From contig CM055969.1 in NCBI GenBank assembly GCA_029531755.1, positions 23,751,285-23,815,284 on the forward strand: a DNA stretch of 64,000 nucleotides. The letters run 5' to 3'. Shown piece by piece: positions 30,001 through 38,099 of the stretch; position 1 is the first letter of the stretch, and each line of letters opens with the position of its first letter. The notes beneath the pieces were generated by a model. The model saw only the letters and a list, made by a program, of their open reading frames with translations. It was not told where the DNA came from and searched no databases. This DNA comes from Holothuria leucospilota. Taxonomy: Eukaryota. The translations under genes were made by a program, and so were the position numbers.

Positions 30001-32571
30001 TAATAATGTCAACTGTAAATCTGAAAAACGTTCTGTCATTTCATTTAAGGGGCAACAGGCTAAATGATCCCCCCCCCCCTCCATCCATGACTATATGTCT
30101 GAGGGATTGTACTGTAGATGAGTAAAGGCTGCTTCAAGTTTCCAAATTTTCACATGCTATAAAGATAAAAGAACCATATATGGTCATTCCTTGCTCTTAC
30201 AGGCCAATCACAGACAAAGCTTAGAGTTGAACAGTGTTCAACTTTTATAGCTTTATAGCGCTATACTGATCTATGAACCAGCCTTAATAACACTGTGTAC
30301 GTGCAATCAATATTATAAAATGACTGATATTAGCCTTGGCCAGAAACATCCACAAAGCAGATTTTATTTCAGTATTATATTAAATGTTGTAAAGACTTAT
30401 TTTTAAAACAGAGTTGTTCTTATGACCCAGAAGCTCAATCCCCCCCCTTCCCCTCCCCCTCCCCCTCTCACACTCTTATCTCTCACAAAGGTTTGCTTTA
30501 CAGTGTAAAGTAAGAGGTAAGCAGATTACCTTTAAGATAAATTCTGGATCAAAATCTATTATTTCTGAAGCTGCTGCAGAAATGTCTACCCTATTAGCAT
30601 TTTCAGCATCATGAAAATCTGCATTTCCAATCAGCGAAGCACTCACAGAGTTGATGAAATTTTGCTACAGAAAGAAAAAATTTCAAAGCAGTTATTTAAA
30701 ATTTTATACTGTACCCAACACACACACACACAACACACATAGCATATAGAGAAGTACTGTAAATGTTCACCACAAAATGCCTTCCTGTTAATTATTACAC
30801 CATGGCAATGTAACAAAAGTTCTCAAAAAAAATTACCCACTTCCATTCAAAAGGAAGCCAGGGCAAGAATATGACAGTGCCCTGTAGTTACAGGGGGTAC
30901 AAAAAATTATCAGGGGAAGTCCCTGAAATTTTGATCAAAATTTGATCTGATGTTACGACAGTAAGTGAAATGAGGGAAAATTTTGAATTCGACAGCCACA
31001 ACATAGTGTTGACGTATGAAATTCATACTTTATGGCCAAACTCTTCCTCAACATGGCCAAATTCAGGATCTGCTACTGTATACTGTACCTCCATCATTGT
31101 AGGGAAGAATATGTCATGGCCAAATGACTACTTTTCATGCCCAAATGGCCATTTTTAATGTTAAAAATAAGGCCAAATTGGCAATATTTGGCCATAAAAA
31201 TGGTCAAATGGCAGCCCTGCTACTAAAAGACATGGACAGCCACAAGGATACAAATACTGGTGGGTGCAACTAATACACAACTGTACATTGTATTCTTGAC
31301 AATGACATACTGTACTGTATGTATGGTGCAACAATTCCAACAATTGAGCATTATGAATGAACAGATTTACAATTACACATAACTTGCTCTACTATTACAC
31401 CTATTACAAAGCCTCCTAAAAAGTTATTTAAAAGGAAATGAGAGGTGAGAAGAGTTAAGAATGTTGTTTTATTTCCTTTTTTAAAATAAATTTTTAGGAG
31501 GCTCTGTAATAGTTGTAATAATAGAGCAAGTTATGTGTAATTGTAAATCTGTTCATTCATAATAGTGTATTGTTGGAATTGTTGCACCATATGTTATCAT
31601 CAAGAATACAGTAAAAACAATTGAATAGTATTCTAGAATGTGAACAATTTGTCATCAACACATGTCACATGATTAAAACAGTTAAAAAGGTTACATATCA
31701 TTCACAAGCAATGCATTCAGGTAACTCCAATGGGGGAAGATGGCTGTGCCACTTTTGCCCTCAGGATATCTTCATGCATATTTGCCATACTGTGCTTTCT
31801 TAATCCTCTTCCCCCACCTCCTGCCTCAACAACAAAAAGTCCCATACACCTTTATACTGAATTTTTACAAACCTTTTGTTTCTGGAACATCCAAGCTGAT
31901 TCCTCTTCCAGCTTTTCTTCATCTTCTTGCAACTGGAGCTTTTCAAATGTATTCTCATCCTTTTGACTAAGGTCATCATCTATCACCATAGATAAGTCAT
32001 ACTCCGGGTACGCAAAGTCAGATGAAATGGTCCGCTCCCAATATGGAATGGCATCAAGGCCAATCTCCTGCTCTGTCCATCTCTCCGTCGTACTTGCGGT
32101 TCCATGGTGGTGGTGATGAGAGCTAGTTTTAAGGGCATGACCAGATCCAAATTGTTCCTCACTACCAGCAAGCAAGCGTTTCTTACTTGCGCTTGTCTTC
32201 TGGCTAATCAATGTGTCCCCATATGATGAAATCTGAGGAGTGCTATCTAGAGAACTGGAAGGAGAGTACTTTACAGCAGCCTTTCGTTTCAGGAGGAGTG
32301 GTCGAAGTGAAGAGTCTAAAAGCAAAGGGTTAGTCAGTCTTGCAGCTTTGTAGGTGGAGGATGCCTCTCCTTTTTCCCCCACAGAGGCAGTTGAGCCTTT
32401 CTGGGACAAGAGTGAGCTCACCTTAAGTGATGAGCTCTTCAAAAGTTTGTTCTCTGTTGAAGCTAAGCCCAGAGATCCCTTAGACTTCAGTGAAAGTAAG
32501 GGTGACCTCAAGGATGAAGTCAAGCGGGGGTTGGACAAGTTTTTACTTCTGAGATCCATGTTTAACACCAC
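1..32571 (-). CDS. TEP1: TEP1-like (telomerase-associated protein 1 family) multi-exon gene with TEP1_N-like repeats, TROVE, RGG box, DUF4062 and NACHT NTPase. The start codon is at 32571 and the 3' part (post-NACHT, expected WD40 region) runs past the window start
   Basis: Translating the minus-strand exons in order gives several recognisable modules. N-terminal: LTSSLRSPLLSLKSKGSL-type repeats. TROVE-like: QNFINSVSASLIGNADFHDAENA, VALYTRKELNIRTTANFLLAFASYHKECRPF...LPSDWIEVAEIY, RMKLPTPETWETQVSLKGNKAETWETLI, KLPFMAMLRNLRNMIAAGISQKHH. DUF4062: VFISSTFKDMHGERDLLTRYVFPELR...VDLRWGVTEEQ, CDYFIGILGERYGFVPE. NACHT: VLTGQQGCGKSAFM (P-loop) and YVILIDGLDELEPS (Walker B). All exons have GT..AG boundaries with polypyrimidine tracts. 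The family assignment comes from recalled motif knowledge, not a database search. Confidence 0.7.
370..804 (-). CDS. TEP1: TEP1-like exon (post-NACHT). The 3' boundary is uncertain, with a possible donor near 370; otherwise the frame stays open to 248
   Basis: Acceptor aattctgcag| at plus 805-811. It encodes GFFSKLADPHGNGLLEGAQLRGISELPYHLTQAGLFHELKSVLCNLHYICACCRLGIAPHLLDCYHVAGQVVNPSRMYLREMEKFTSLTDVKTYSKFVSKCLHLIGQCPALVWQEAINEPSASIVSSDASKALDDLNRGGL... Confidence 0.55.
1259..1364 (-). CDS. TEP1: TEP1-like exon
   Basis: Acceptor ttttgatacaag| and donor TGGCAG|gtaaga. It encodes SRLRIGSNLILEAITHRYLRGTGADLRVQMHILLA. Confidence 0.55.
1612..1868 (+). mobile_element. MITE family A, copy 1 (~257 bp, TIR cctatagagggatttc...), inside a TEP1 intron
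   Basis: Its termini cctatagagggatttcatgtaacgtcac and gtcacgtgaaagaaatccctctatagg are inverted. It is the reverse complement of 48919-49144. Confidence 0.65.
2030..2215. repeat. Minisatellite, ~62-bp unit x3 (cttgcctagccctccctcacctgtac.ctacccctg...)
   Basis: Direct repeats are visible in the sequence. The ORF track shows the repeated peptide MASLLPSPPSPV. Confidence 0.7.
2924..3056 (-). CDS. TEP1: TEP1-like exon (NACHT-associated helical region)
   Basis: Acceptor tttttatgcag| and donor GGGATG|gtatga. It encodes VSGKLKALSHTVDALLQEIISRLEKEYDDKMIKELLVLLICARDG. Confidence 0.65.
4074..4253 (-). CDS. TEP1: TEP1-like exon (NACHT, sensor region)
   Basis: Acceptor aaattttcag| and donor AATCAG|gtgaga. 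It encodes SVIIVVSCGENKECYKALQRRDNVSVFNLGPLDILDKSEMVRKILGVYRKQLDESPFNNQ. Confidence 0.75.
5888..6026 (-). CDS. TEP1: TEP1-like exon (NACHT Walker B)
   Basis: Acceptor tttctttcaag| and donor CCAGAG|gtgagt. It encodes NLMNKLPKFLDQASQMVSQEKYVILIDGLDELEPSHQAQSMEWLPASVPE. Confidence 0.8.
7264..7429 (-). CDS. TEP1: TEP1-like exon (NACHT, between Walker A and Walker B)
   Basis: Acceptor ttttgtcttcag| and donor GATTACAA|gtaaat. It encodes AALKERFVEAHSSYNYFTHFVGATAGSSQLLNVLTRICWTIKLTFNLFMHVPEDY. Confidence 0.6.
7939..8121 (-). CDS. TEP1: TEP1-like exon (NACHT P-loop / Walker A)
   Basis: Acceptor ttttccttcatctcag| and donor TTCATG|gtgagg. It encodes VSQREVLEEEAEHHRALMDTYTSVFVGRKSQLIKFTEMMEKEAGRIFVLTGQQGCGKSAFM. 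Confidence 0.8.
9072..9198 (-). CDS. TEP1: TEP1-like exon
   Basis: Acceptor ttaataaag| and donor ACAAAG|gtaagt. It encodes YSCYWGGLVDGKPITAGLEEFGERVLNNLWTKISCDFDTK. Confidence 0.55.
9811..9923 (-). CDS. TEP1: TEP1-like exon
   Basis: Acceptor atatcacag| and donor AACAA|gtgagt. It encodes RDVPGQWKKNFKAESDASHSKLMNLKDGILKSGFEVFN. Confidence 0.55.
10365..12925. mobile_element. Non-autonomous TIR DNA element (~2.56 kb) with 70-bp terminal inverted repeats, within a TEP1 intron
   Basis: 10365-10434 (ctacggaagcgtagaagggacactgcattgacgagttaccgacatggcaaaatgacaaaaatctgcaaattg) is the reverse complement of 12856-12925 with one mismatch. The interior has no long ORF. It holds poly-G/C tracts plus segments similar to 52190-52370 and 50340-50420. 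Confidence 0.7.
12590..12900. repeat. Subterminal tandem repeat (~110 bp x ~3) inside the TIR element
   Basis: Repeated gacgagatactagcaactgtg...cagcatctcgtcaaaacgtcatttttctgaattttgtcat units. Confidence 0.65.
13047..13283 (-). CDS. TEP1: TEP1-like exon (DUF4062 C-terminal half)
   Basis: Acceptor ttgtgctttcag| and donor TTGA|gtgagt. It encodes SVEVCLSEVAHCDYFIGILGERYGFVPEFYPAMLGSKFEWLAEYPSGRSMTELEVQQALQDHADDQGAFFYIRDSGFI. Confidence 0.7.
13818..13877. repeat. (TACAA)n microsatellite, about 11 units
   Basis: tacaatacaatacaatacaatacaatacaat run. Confidence 0.9.
14290..14466 (-). CDS. TEP1: TEP1-like exon (DUF4062 N-terminal half)
   Basis: Acceptor caattttcag| and donor CATAA|gtgagt. It encodes WRTVRVFISSTFKDMHGERDLLTRYVFPELRSRARRLLLNIVEVDLRWGVTEEQTKQH, the hallmark DUF4062 motif FISSTF.DM..ER. 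Confidence 0.75.
14673..14738 (-). CDS. TEP1: TEP1-like exon (short, precedes DUF4062)
   Basis: Acceptor ttttacag| and donor CGAAG|gtaaca. It encodes LEKRIETTAVHFRIPEGPPVR and joins in frame to the next exon to give ...PPVRRWRTVRVFISS. Confidence 0.6.
15025..15061. promoter_or_regulatory. Perfect 24-bp palindrome gtgtgttatactagtataacacac followed by the CRE octamer TGACGTCA (15054-15061)
   Basis: Read directly from the sequence. Intronic, so any function is unknown. Confidence 0.4.
15773..15929 (-). CDS. TEP1: TEP1-like exon
   Basis: Acceptor tttcttcttaacag| and donor GTCAAT|gtaagt. It encodes VWNKFSSEEHPNDIYIAGFSDQILRFIAERGDTGQLNHVENIDKCYSLKDVN. Confidence 0.5.
16171..16278. repeat. Near-perfect hairpin or foldback mini-element (44-bp arms, 20-bp loop)
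   Basis: 16171-16214 is the reverse complement of 16235-16278 with one mismatch. Confidence 0.75.
17646..17791 (-). CDS. TEP1: TEP1-like exon
   Basis: Acceptor cggtcattag| and donor TTTG|gtaagt. It encodes FDTIVILAEGWMVRSSQAENLRQSIATYRHLLNRNMLFVNIALKNNAL. Confidence 0.45.
19452..19516 (-). CDS. TEP1: TEP1-like exon (short)
   Basis: Acceptor tctgtag| and donor CAGGAG|gtatga. It encodes NMLSGISSYHSMNSVLLEVIRNRQE. Confidence 0.45.
19560..19830. repeat. Interspersed repeat family copy, related to 56860-57110
   Basis: Shared blocks agcgactgtt..ctttccacaatt...aaaaagaact.ttcttcaaaaggaaattctct.tgaccca.ga.tgatgt...cttccttcccag.atg.attgt.ta.c. Confidence 0.5.
20411..20498 (-). CDS. TEP1: TEP1-like exon (short)
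   Basis: Acceptor gtggtttag| and donor TGTAT|gtaagt. Open frame WCEMGRHFGLRRDDLERENAYGLFYPYMY. Confidence 0.45.
21534..21696 (-). CDS. TEP1: TEP1-like exon
   Basis: Acceptor tttcactag| and donor ACG|gtaaga. It encodes VLEVGVLLGLMCKYSCEDCSFLLCDYKGHEEVELEEGTILDNMESVIQLATV. Confidence 0.55.
21953..22135 (-). CDS. TEP1: TEP1-like exon
   Basis: Acceptor cttcaacag| and donor AAATCT|gtaagt. It encodes CEYNYDAELLARYRKALDTAVKIATAYNVKPIRGKTLILCSLTEMMWQSCTKARGLGKPKS. Confidence 0.6.
22722..22852 (-). CDS. TEP1: TEP1-like exon encoding an RGG/RG box, (GR)n run
   Basis: Acceptor ctttatag| and donor CCGTT|gtaagt. It encodes VREETSSAANYSSGYRGRGRGRGRGRGRGRGGSGAASWWKKKVEKP. Confidence 0.6.
23675..23870 (-). 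CDS. TEP1: TEP1-like exon (TROVE, FMAMLRNL motif)
   Basis: Acceptor cagataatag| and donor GAGA|gtaaga. It encodes KLPFMAMLRNLRNMIAAGISQKHHTWVIKKLTDEGSVTNSKQFPFRFFSAYQVLDDMEEEREKAE. Confidence 0.7.
24590..24858 (-). mobile_element. tRNA-derived SINE with a tRNA-Lys-like head, in a TEP1 intron
   Basis: The minus-strand head gcatggtcaagtggttagagcatccgacttgcagccagaaggtctggggttcaactcctggccagg has tRNA A/B-box-like segments. Its anticodon stem is not paired, so it is not a functional tRNA. Confidence 0.55.
24968..25125 (-). CDS. TEP1: TEP1-like exon (TROVE, KLPTPETWE motif)
   Basis: Acceptor ctttttgtcag| and donor GATAG|gtgagt. It encodes YPEDLEAFYKSRLPGTWESDRAGKRMKLPTPETWETQVSLKGNKAETWETLI. Confidence 0.7.
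25649..25859 (-). CDS. TEP1: TEP1-like exon with a Lys/Asp/Glu-rich linker followed by FNLKELIRKLHITDPVEHVMCLIGKK
   Basis: Acceptor ttatgtgttgcag| and donor near GGCAAAA|gtaatg. Long open frame in the ORF track at 25640..25936 (-). Confidence 0.55.
27040..27210 (-). CDS. TEP1: TEP1-like exon (TROVE module)
   Basis: Acceptor gtgtggcag| and donor CTGG|gtaagt. It encodes KDMLTLSSVHSVICFDGFNFFHTQTFHDDSISFGALPSALRKVMIAKFPEFDKYQLG. Confidence 0.6.
27292..27440 (-). CDS. TEP1: TEP1-like exon (TROVE module). The 5' boundary is approximate
   Basis: Open frame ...QMLEAIEMQFSPPNRENFAAFFELIEFCLWQISLMPENALIRVHDTCEDG ending at donor GATG|gtaagg. The acceptor is not resolved. Confidence 0.45.
28130..28670. 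repeat. Inverted-repeat structure, MITE-like
   Basis: Internal inverted segments 28215-28235 against 28405-28425 (caggccttga.ttttg), with ends that share catggtcag in inverted orientation. Confidence 0.35.
29640..29801 (-). CDS. TEP1: TEP1-like exon (TROVE module)
   Basis: Acceptor tctgtctccag| and donor TTG|gtatgg. It encodes VALYTRKELNIRTTANFLLAFASYHKECRPFLKKYFQKSIALPSDWIEVAEIYL, which matches the Ro60/TEP1 TROVE signature (R..anfllA...h..crP...lPsDW). Confidence 0.7.
30530..30664 (-). CDS. TEP1: TEP1-like exon (TROVE module, N-terminal part)
   Basis: Acceptor ctgtag| and donor AAG|gtaatc on the minus strand. It encodes QNFINSVSASLIGNADFHDAENANRVDISAAASEIIDFDPEFILK. Confidence 0.65.
31300..31600. 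repeat. Hairpin-forming MITE in TEP1 intron 1
   Basis: 31300-31400 is the reverse complement of 31500-31600 (arms ~100 bp, loop ~100 bp), for example gaatgaacagatttacaattacacataacttgctctactattaca against tgtaataatagagcaagttatgtgtaattgtaaatctgttcattc. Confidence 0.7.
31874..32571 (-). CDS. TEP1: TEP1-like exon 1 (first coding exon). ATG at 32571, N-terminal Ser/Leu-rich repeats, poly-His, acidic tail
   Basis: The six-frame track shows a 239-aa open frame MVLNMDLRSKNLSNPRLTSSLRSPLLSLKSKGS...HHHHH...EDEEKLEEESAWMFQKQK. The donor CAAAAG|gtttgt lies at plus 31872-31877, which is revcomp. Confidence 0.65.
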
Positions 32572-33300
32572 ATCTCATTGATGGTAGAATGTCAACTTCA
32601 GGAATTCTAAGAAAGCAATTGAAATTTCCCTAATTAGCCAAAGAATAACCAGATTGGGCAGAACAAAGCATTTTCTTCTCAAATGTTGAGAGTACCTAAA
32701 ACAACTATTAAGCTGGTAAAAATGATACTTACTGTAACATAAATTTATCACATTTAAGAGTAATTCCATAAGCCCACAGGAGTAGTTTGTACTGCAGGTG
32801 TACTGTACATATTCTGGCTTCCGTTGTCATGTAGGCCTAACTTAGGTATTAACACTCCTCACTGAATTCTTTACTTTGTTGCTTGCATTGTTTTCAGGAC
32901 ATTTCAAGGTCATTAGCACCTGCATGCATTAATTGAGTAGTTATTGTTCAATGATGTACAGTATGTTGCATGGTCCAATAGATGAGGCAGAGAATTGATT
33001 TAAGTAAAACTGGGATTGTTTATTGTTGTTCTGTTCTTGGAGGAATTACACACACGCGAGTACCTGGTAGGTTCACATGACAAGTAGCTGACTATTCTGT
33101 GTGAGCATGCATATCACGTAACAATGTATGAATGACATGTCACTCGCAGTGTTCACTGTTAGACTAATTTCCAATTCTGAGTTTGTAGCTAATTGACAAA
33201 ATAGCCTCCTTTGTCTCACATAAAAAAGTCTCACGTCTTTTCCATTCACTTAAACATTTTTGAGCCTGAACACAGGTCTTTGAGTCCTATACCTGGGGCA
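32572..33300 (-). promoter_or_regulatory. Putative 5' UTR and promoter region of the TEP1-like gene
   Basis: Assigned from position only, as the region immediately upstream of the first ATG at 32571 on the minus strand. I did not identify a TATA or Inr element. Confidence 0.25.
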
Positions 33301-34204
33301 ACAAAAGGTCATGGCTGATCCATTCCCACTGGGACTTACATCAACTCAACTGTACAGTGTAGGTTCCCAATTCAAGCACAAGCAATTTCTTAGGTTCAGA
33401 TCAAGGAAACTTTCCCTCCAAGTCAGTGACTTGGTTTTTTAGCTCCTGATGTAATGACAGGAGCTGAAATGATGGCTTTTGGACTCGGTTCTTCCGAGTG
33501 AATTTCTGCCCTCATCCTACCAAGTTCTGCTCAAGCATCTGGGACCCCCATCATAAGGGACATATGTACAGTATATGTAAACTTGAGGAAGTTTAATGCT
33601 GAGCTGCTAGATTCCTCCTCAATGACCAAAGATGTAAGAATAGTGTCTCATCCATGTTGGCAGAATTAAATTGGTCTATAGATAGTGGAGGAATGCAGAG
33701 CCATAGCAAGATTGACCCTACAAGGCAAGTTATCACCATGTGGCCGTAGATCTAAACCTCTTTTTTACAACCCTGCTAGAGAGCATATCTCCACACAGAA
33801 ATCATATTCCATCTGTAAAACTTTTAGACCTATGTAGGTTGAATTTTGCAGATCAGATTGAAGCAACAAAATTTGCACTTTTTTGTTTCTTTTTTTTTGG
33901 GGGGGGGGGGGCTATAAAAACATATTTTTTTGGACATTTGTGGTTCTCTAGCAGACACATACTGTACAACCCCACAGTAGGCCTATATCCCACCTGTGGA
34001 AAACTATAATTTACCTATTTACAGTAGAACAGACCCAGAACCAGTTACAGTATAACACTGCTGTTTGAACAGTACTGTATGATCGAACACGGAAAGGTAC
34101 AGCATGCAGACTTACATATGCTACTCTTAGCCAATCACAGAGAATGTTATATGTAGGATTTAGCAAATAATGAAAATTGGCTTTATTATGCATTATGAAC
34201 TTTT

Positions 34205-35000
34205 GTTCTTTTACTGCACTTCATCTAACACTTTGTGTTTTGTGAGAAAGACGGCATGGATATAGGTGCCCAAGCTACTATCATCTGTAATTGCGGGCTG
34301 TAAAGTGTGACTGGACAATGTTGTCTGCATCAAACATTATTTGCACTTCATCTTACAGTGCGTGTTTTGTGAGAAAGACGGCATGGATATAGGCGCCCAA
34401 GCTACTATCATCTGTAATTGCGGGCTGTGAAGTGTGACTGGACAATGTTGTCTGCATCAAACATTATTTGCACTTCATCTTACAGTGCATGTTTTGTGAG
34501 AAAGACGGCATGGATATAGGTGCCCAAGCTACTATCATCTGTAATTGCGGGCTGTGAAGTGTGACTGGACAATGTTGTCTGTATCAAACATTTTTTGCAC
34601 TTCATCTTACAGTGCGTGTTTTGTGAGAAAGACGGCATGGATATAGGTGCCCAAGCTACTATCATCTGTAATCGCGGGCTGTGAAGTGTGACTGGACAAT
34701 GTTGTCTGCATCAAACATTATTTGCACTTCATCTTACAGTGCATGTTTTGTGAGAAAGACGGCATCGATATAGGTGCCCAAGCTACTATCATCTGTAATT
34801 GCGGGCTGTGAAGTGTGACTGGACAATGTTGTCTGTATCAAACATTTTTTGCACTTCATCTTACAGTGCATGTTTTGTGAGAAAGACGGCATGGATATAG
34901 GTGCCCAAGCTACTATCATCTGTAAACGGCATGGATATAGGTGCCCAAGCTACTATCATCTGTAATCGCGGGCTGTGAAGTGTGACTGGGCAGTGTTGTC
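34205..35000. repeat. Satellite with a 127-bp unit, about 6.2 copies
   Basis: gcacttcatcttacagtgc.tgttttgtgagaaagacggcatggatataggtgcccaagctactatcatctgtaattgcgggctgtgaagtgtgactggacaatgttgtctgcatcaaacattatttg recurs with a 127-bp period. The ORF track shows the repeated peptide MIVAWAPISMPSFSQN. Confidence 0.9.
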
Positions 35001-36136
35001 CGCATGAATATGAGTGTAAAAAAAGGCCATTTCTTGTTTCCTGTGGAGAAGTGTCCTACTGTACTGTACATTGTATTAGTATATGTATAGTTTATTGTAT
35101 ATGCCACTGAGCATTCCATGTCAGGCCCATGCCGAAGTTACGCCAAGAAAAACAATAGAAAACATAAGGAAAATGCCAACTCCACGCCGAAGATCTTCAG
35201 ATCGGAGTGCATGGAATGCACCCTGGTGTATATGTAATATAACGCTGAGAACATCTGTGGCCTTGCCTAGTCTCAGTTCCACAAGCGTCCGGAGGGGGAA
35301 TGGGGGCACCCAATTACGCTTTTTTCAGGAGTAAAAATGTCCCCTGGTTTGGTCAATTAAAAGGTTTGCTCTCCCCCCCCCCGAGAAATCAAAAACTGGA
35401 AAAAAAAACTTGAAGAAAAAATAACATCAACATTTTTTTATGATATTGCTAGAAAATTTCCAGAACATGAGCTTTCAAAATAGAAAATAAAAAGATGCAA
35501 CTCACAAGGCTTGGGAAGTGCCATTTTAAGCGATCTGGGAGACATTTCGGCCAAAATTTTCTTGGTGCTTTGCGCCAAACTATGGTGGCGCTATGCTTAG
35601 ATAGTTTGCCTAAATGTTTTGCCCCCCTGGCAAATTCCTGGCTACAGCGCCTGTAAAAGGCACCAACATTTAGCAATTAAGCTCTTTTCTGGGAGTAAAA
35701 AGTTCCCCTGGTTTGGTCAATTAAAAGTTTTGCTCTCCCCCCCCCCCCCTTAAATATTTTTCTGAGGATGCCCATGCCCCAGTTATCATTATTACTGCAT
35801 GCAAATTTGTACAGTAACTTACAGAACTTTTTGTACCGTCTGAACCATGACTAACTTTTGTAATGTGGCATGACAATTAAGCAAGCTCAAATTGGGGAGT
35901 CAGCCAATTACACAACAGGTTTAATGACATGAACAGAATTAACGCCTAGAGTAGGCATGGGCACAGGCCTACACTGCATTTTGTCTGTTGTGTGTCATCA
36001 TTGGTGATGTACCTTTTGCCTAGCTTAGTGAAATTAGGGTACCTAATTAGCCTAACCAATGTTAACACAATACTCAATAGGCTCCTAGGCCTAGGTCCAA
36101 TATTATACAAATAATGAATGTTCATGAGTGAGATCA

Positions 36137-37929
36137 GGGTTGGGAAGTTACGAGTTACAAGTAACGCCGTTACTGTAACAAGTTACATTTTGTGTAACAC
36201 AACTGTGTAACGAGTTACATTAACATCTGTAACAGAGCAGGTACTGTAACTAATCAAAATTTTGGGTCAAAATAACTGTAATGGACTCACTTTTTGGTTC
36301 CGTTGCCTTTCGTTAAAATAGTCACAATAACCACAAACTACATTTTCTCTATAAAAGTAAAAGAAAAATTTCAAACTGATGGCAGTTTGATGGTGCCATG
36401 TTGTCGGATACATTTATCAGTCATCTCTTTTATCGTCTTCATCCCCACCCAACATTAAATTTTCTTCACGATTTATAATCACAAGCTGTTATGTACAGTA
36501 CAGGCTTGCACAGTCACTTGATTTTCCATTGGTGAGGTATTGGACATGCCTCTTTCTCCATATAGTCATTCTTGTACAGTAACTCAGTTAAAACTTAGTT
36601 TATGCACCGAGTCATTAATAAAACAAAACCATATTTTCTGTCCATGAGGTGTATTTCAAAATTATGCAATTCAATGTAAGATACTAAATGATCCTGGGTA
36701 AGTTTTTCCCTGTGTCAGTGACCCAGTGTTGTAACGAGTCACTCAATTTCGCAGTCGAGTCATTAACTACTTTCAACATGACTCGAGTGGAGTCAGTGAC
36801 TCAGGCTTCGACAAATTCTTTTTTCACTACTTGTCCATCGGGCAAGCTGTTCTCTTAGTCTACTTGTCTGCATGAATATCTACTTGACCACTTTTAATAT
36901 GCCTTTAAACTCCTTTGTGGAGGAGACTTCGTAAGTACTTGCCCGGCGTGCTATGAGATTGAACAATGCAATTGCCCGAGTAACTTTTTACTTGTTCCGG
37001 ACTGTCGGGCGGGGGATTTGTCGAAGCCTGCAGTGGCTCGAGTCATTGTATTATTTCTATGAGGAAAATTATGATACAGTTGTTAAAGTCATTTCCCTCT
37101 TGAAAATTAGTGGCTCGAGTCATGACTCGTTACAATATTGCAGTGGCCTGATTTTTTCATGCTTTCCCAGACCTTCAGAGGACAAAGTATATTAATACAG
37201 TATTACACATGAGAACGGTTTAACTTCAGACAAACACAGCCAAACACTACACTGGCTTGTTTTAATCATTGCCTCTTGTGACTTAATACCAAAAGCCGCT
37301 GTCTAATCGGAGATCAAGTAAATTCCGATTTCCTATTTCCGATTTGGACCTTTACTTAATCTCCTGGGGATGGGGAATATATCCACCCACGAAATCAGAT
37401 GAGGGATACTGTGCACTACACGTAGCTACCGGTATATCCCCCCTGAAATCAACCTGACAGATTCAGAAATCATGTATAAAAGTTAACTTTGCTATTAAGA
37501 AAACTTCTTAAGAGAACAGAAAAATTTAAAGATCTGACAATTGTCATAGTATCACGTTGAAAGGCCTGGAAAGGGCCATTTCCGATGACCGGGGGGTGTC
37601 TTTGGCCAAAATAGTGGTGCTCCACTCAGACAGTGCCACTGACTATACTTCCCCCCCCCCTCCCGGCCCACTTTCAAATATGGATTGTGGCACATGGTAT
37701 CTGTTACCAGCCCCCCCCCCCCCATCTTGGATGGAGTTGACTGTATCTTCAAGTGAAAGTAACTACTGTAGTTGCTTTTGAAAGGTAACTAATTACTTTT
37801 CAGGCAAATGTAATTGTAACTAGTTACTTTTTCAATATTGTAAAGTTCTAGTAAATGTAACAAGTTACAAGTTTATGGAAATAACTGTAATTATAACGAC
37901 TTACTTTCAAAATGTAACGGGCACAACCC
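36137..37929. mobile_element. Non-autonomous TIR element (~1.8 kb) with gttac/gtaac-rich terminal inverted repeats. It contains a nested ~430-bp sub-element (36718-37150) with cagtg..tgtaacgagtca TIRs
   Basis: The start gggttgggaagttacgagttacaagtaacg pairs with the reverse complement of the end ...gtaacgggcacaaccc. The nested element starts cagtgacccagtgttgtaacgagtcac and ends gactcgttacaatattgcagtggcc. Confidence 0.55.
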
Positions 37930-38099
37930 TAAGTGTGATACTATAGTATGAAGTAATTTCATGAGTTGAGAAAGACTGAGAGTTCCATTCAATCAGGCAA
38001 AGCCAAGTTGCATAGAACGTTCATCTTCTTCTTCTTCTTTCGAATACAGTGAGACATCCAGTTAAGGACATTAGTACAAGGCATATGTGCAGTGAGGTC

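Noticed and set aside
31730-31970. Plus-strand ORFs (76-78 aa) overlapping TEP1 exon 1
   Set aside because: These are antisense frames of a Ser/Leu-rich coding exon. The minus-strand frame is the one with motifs and a splice donor.
34205-35000. CRISPR-like regular repeats
   Set aside because: The 127-bp units are contiguous with no unique spacers, and the genomic context is eukaryotic. This is a satellite and not a CRISPR array.
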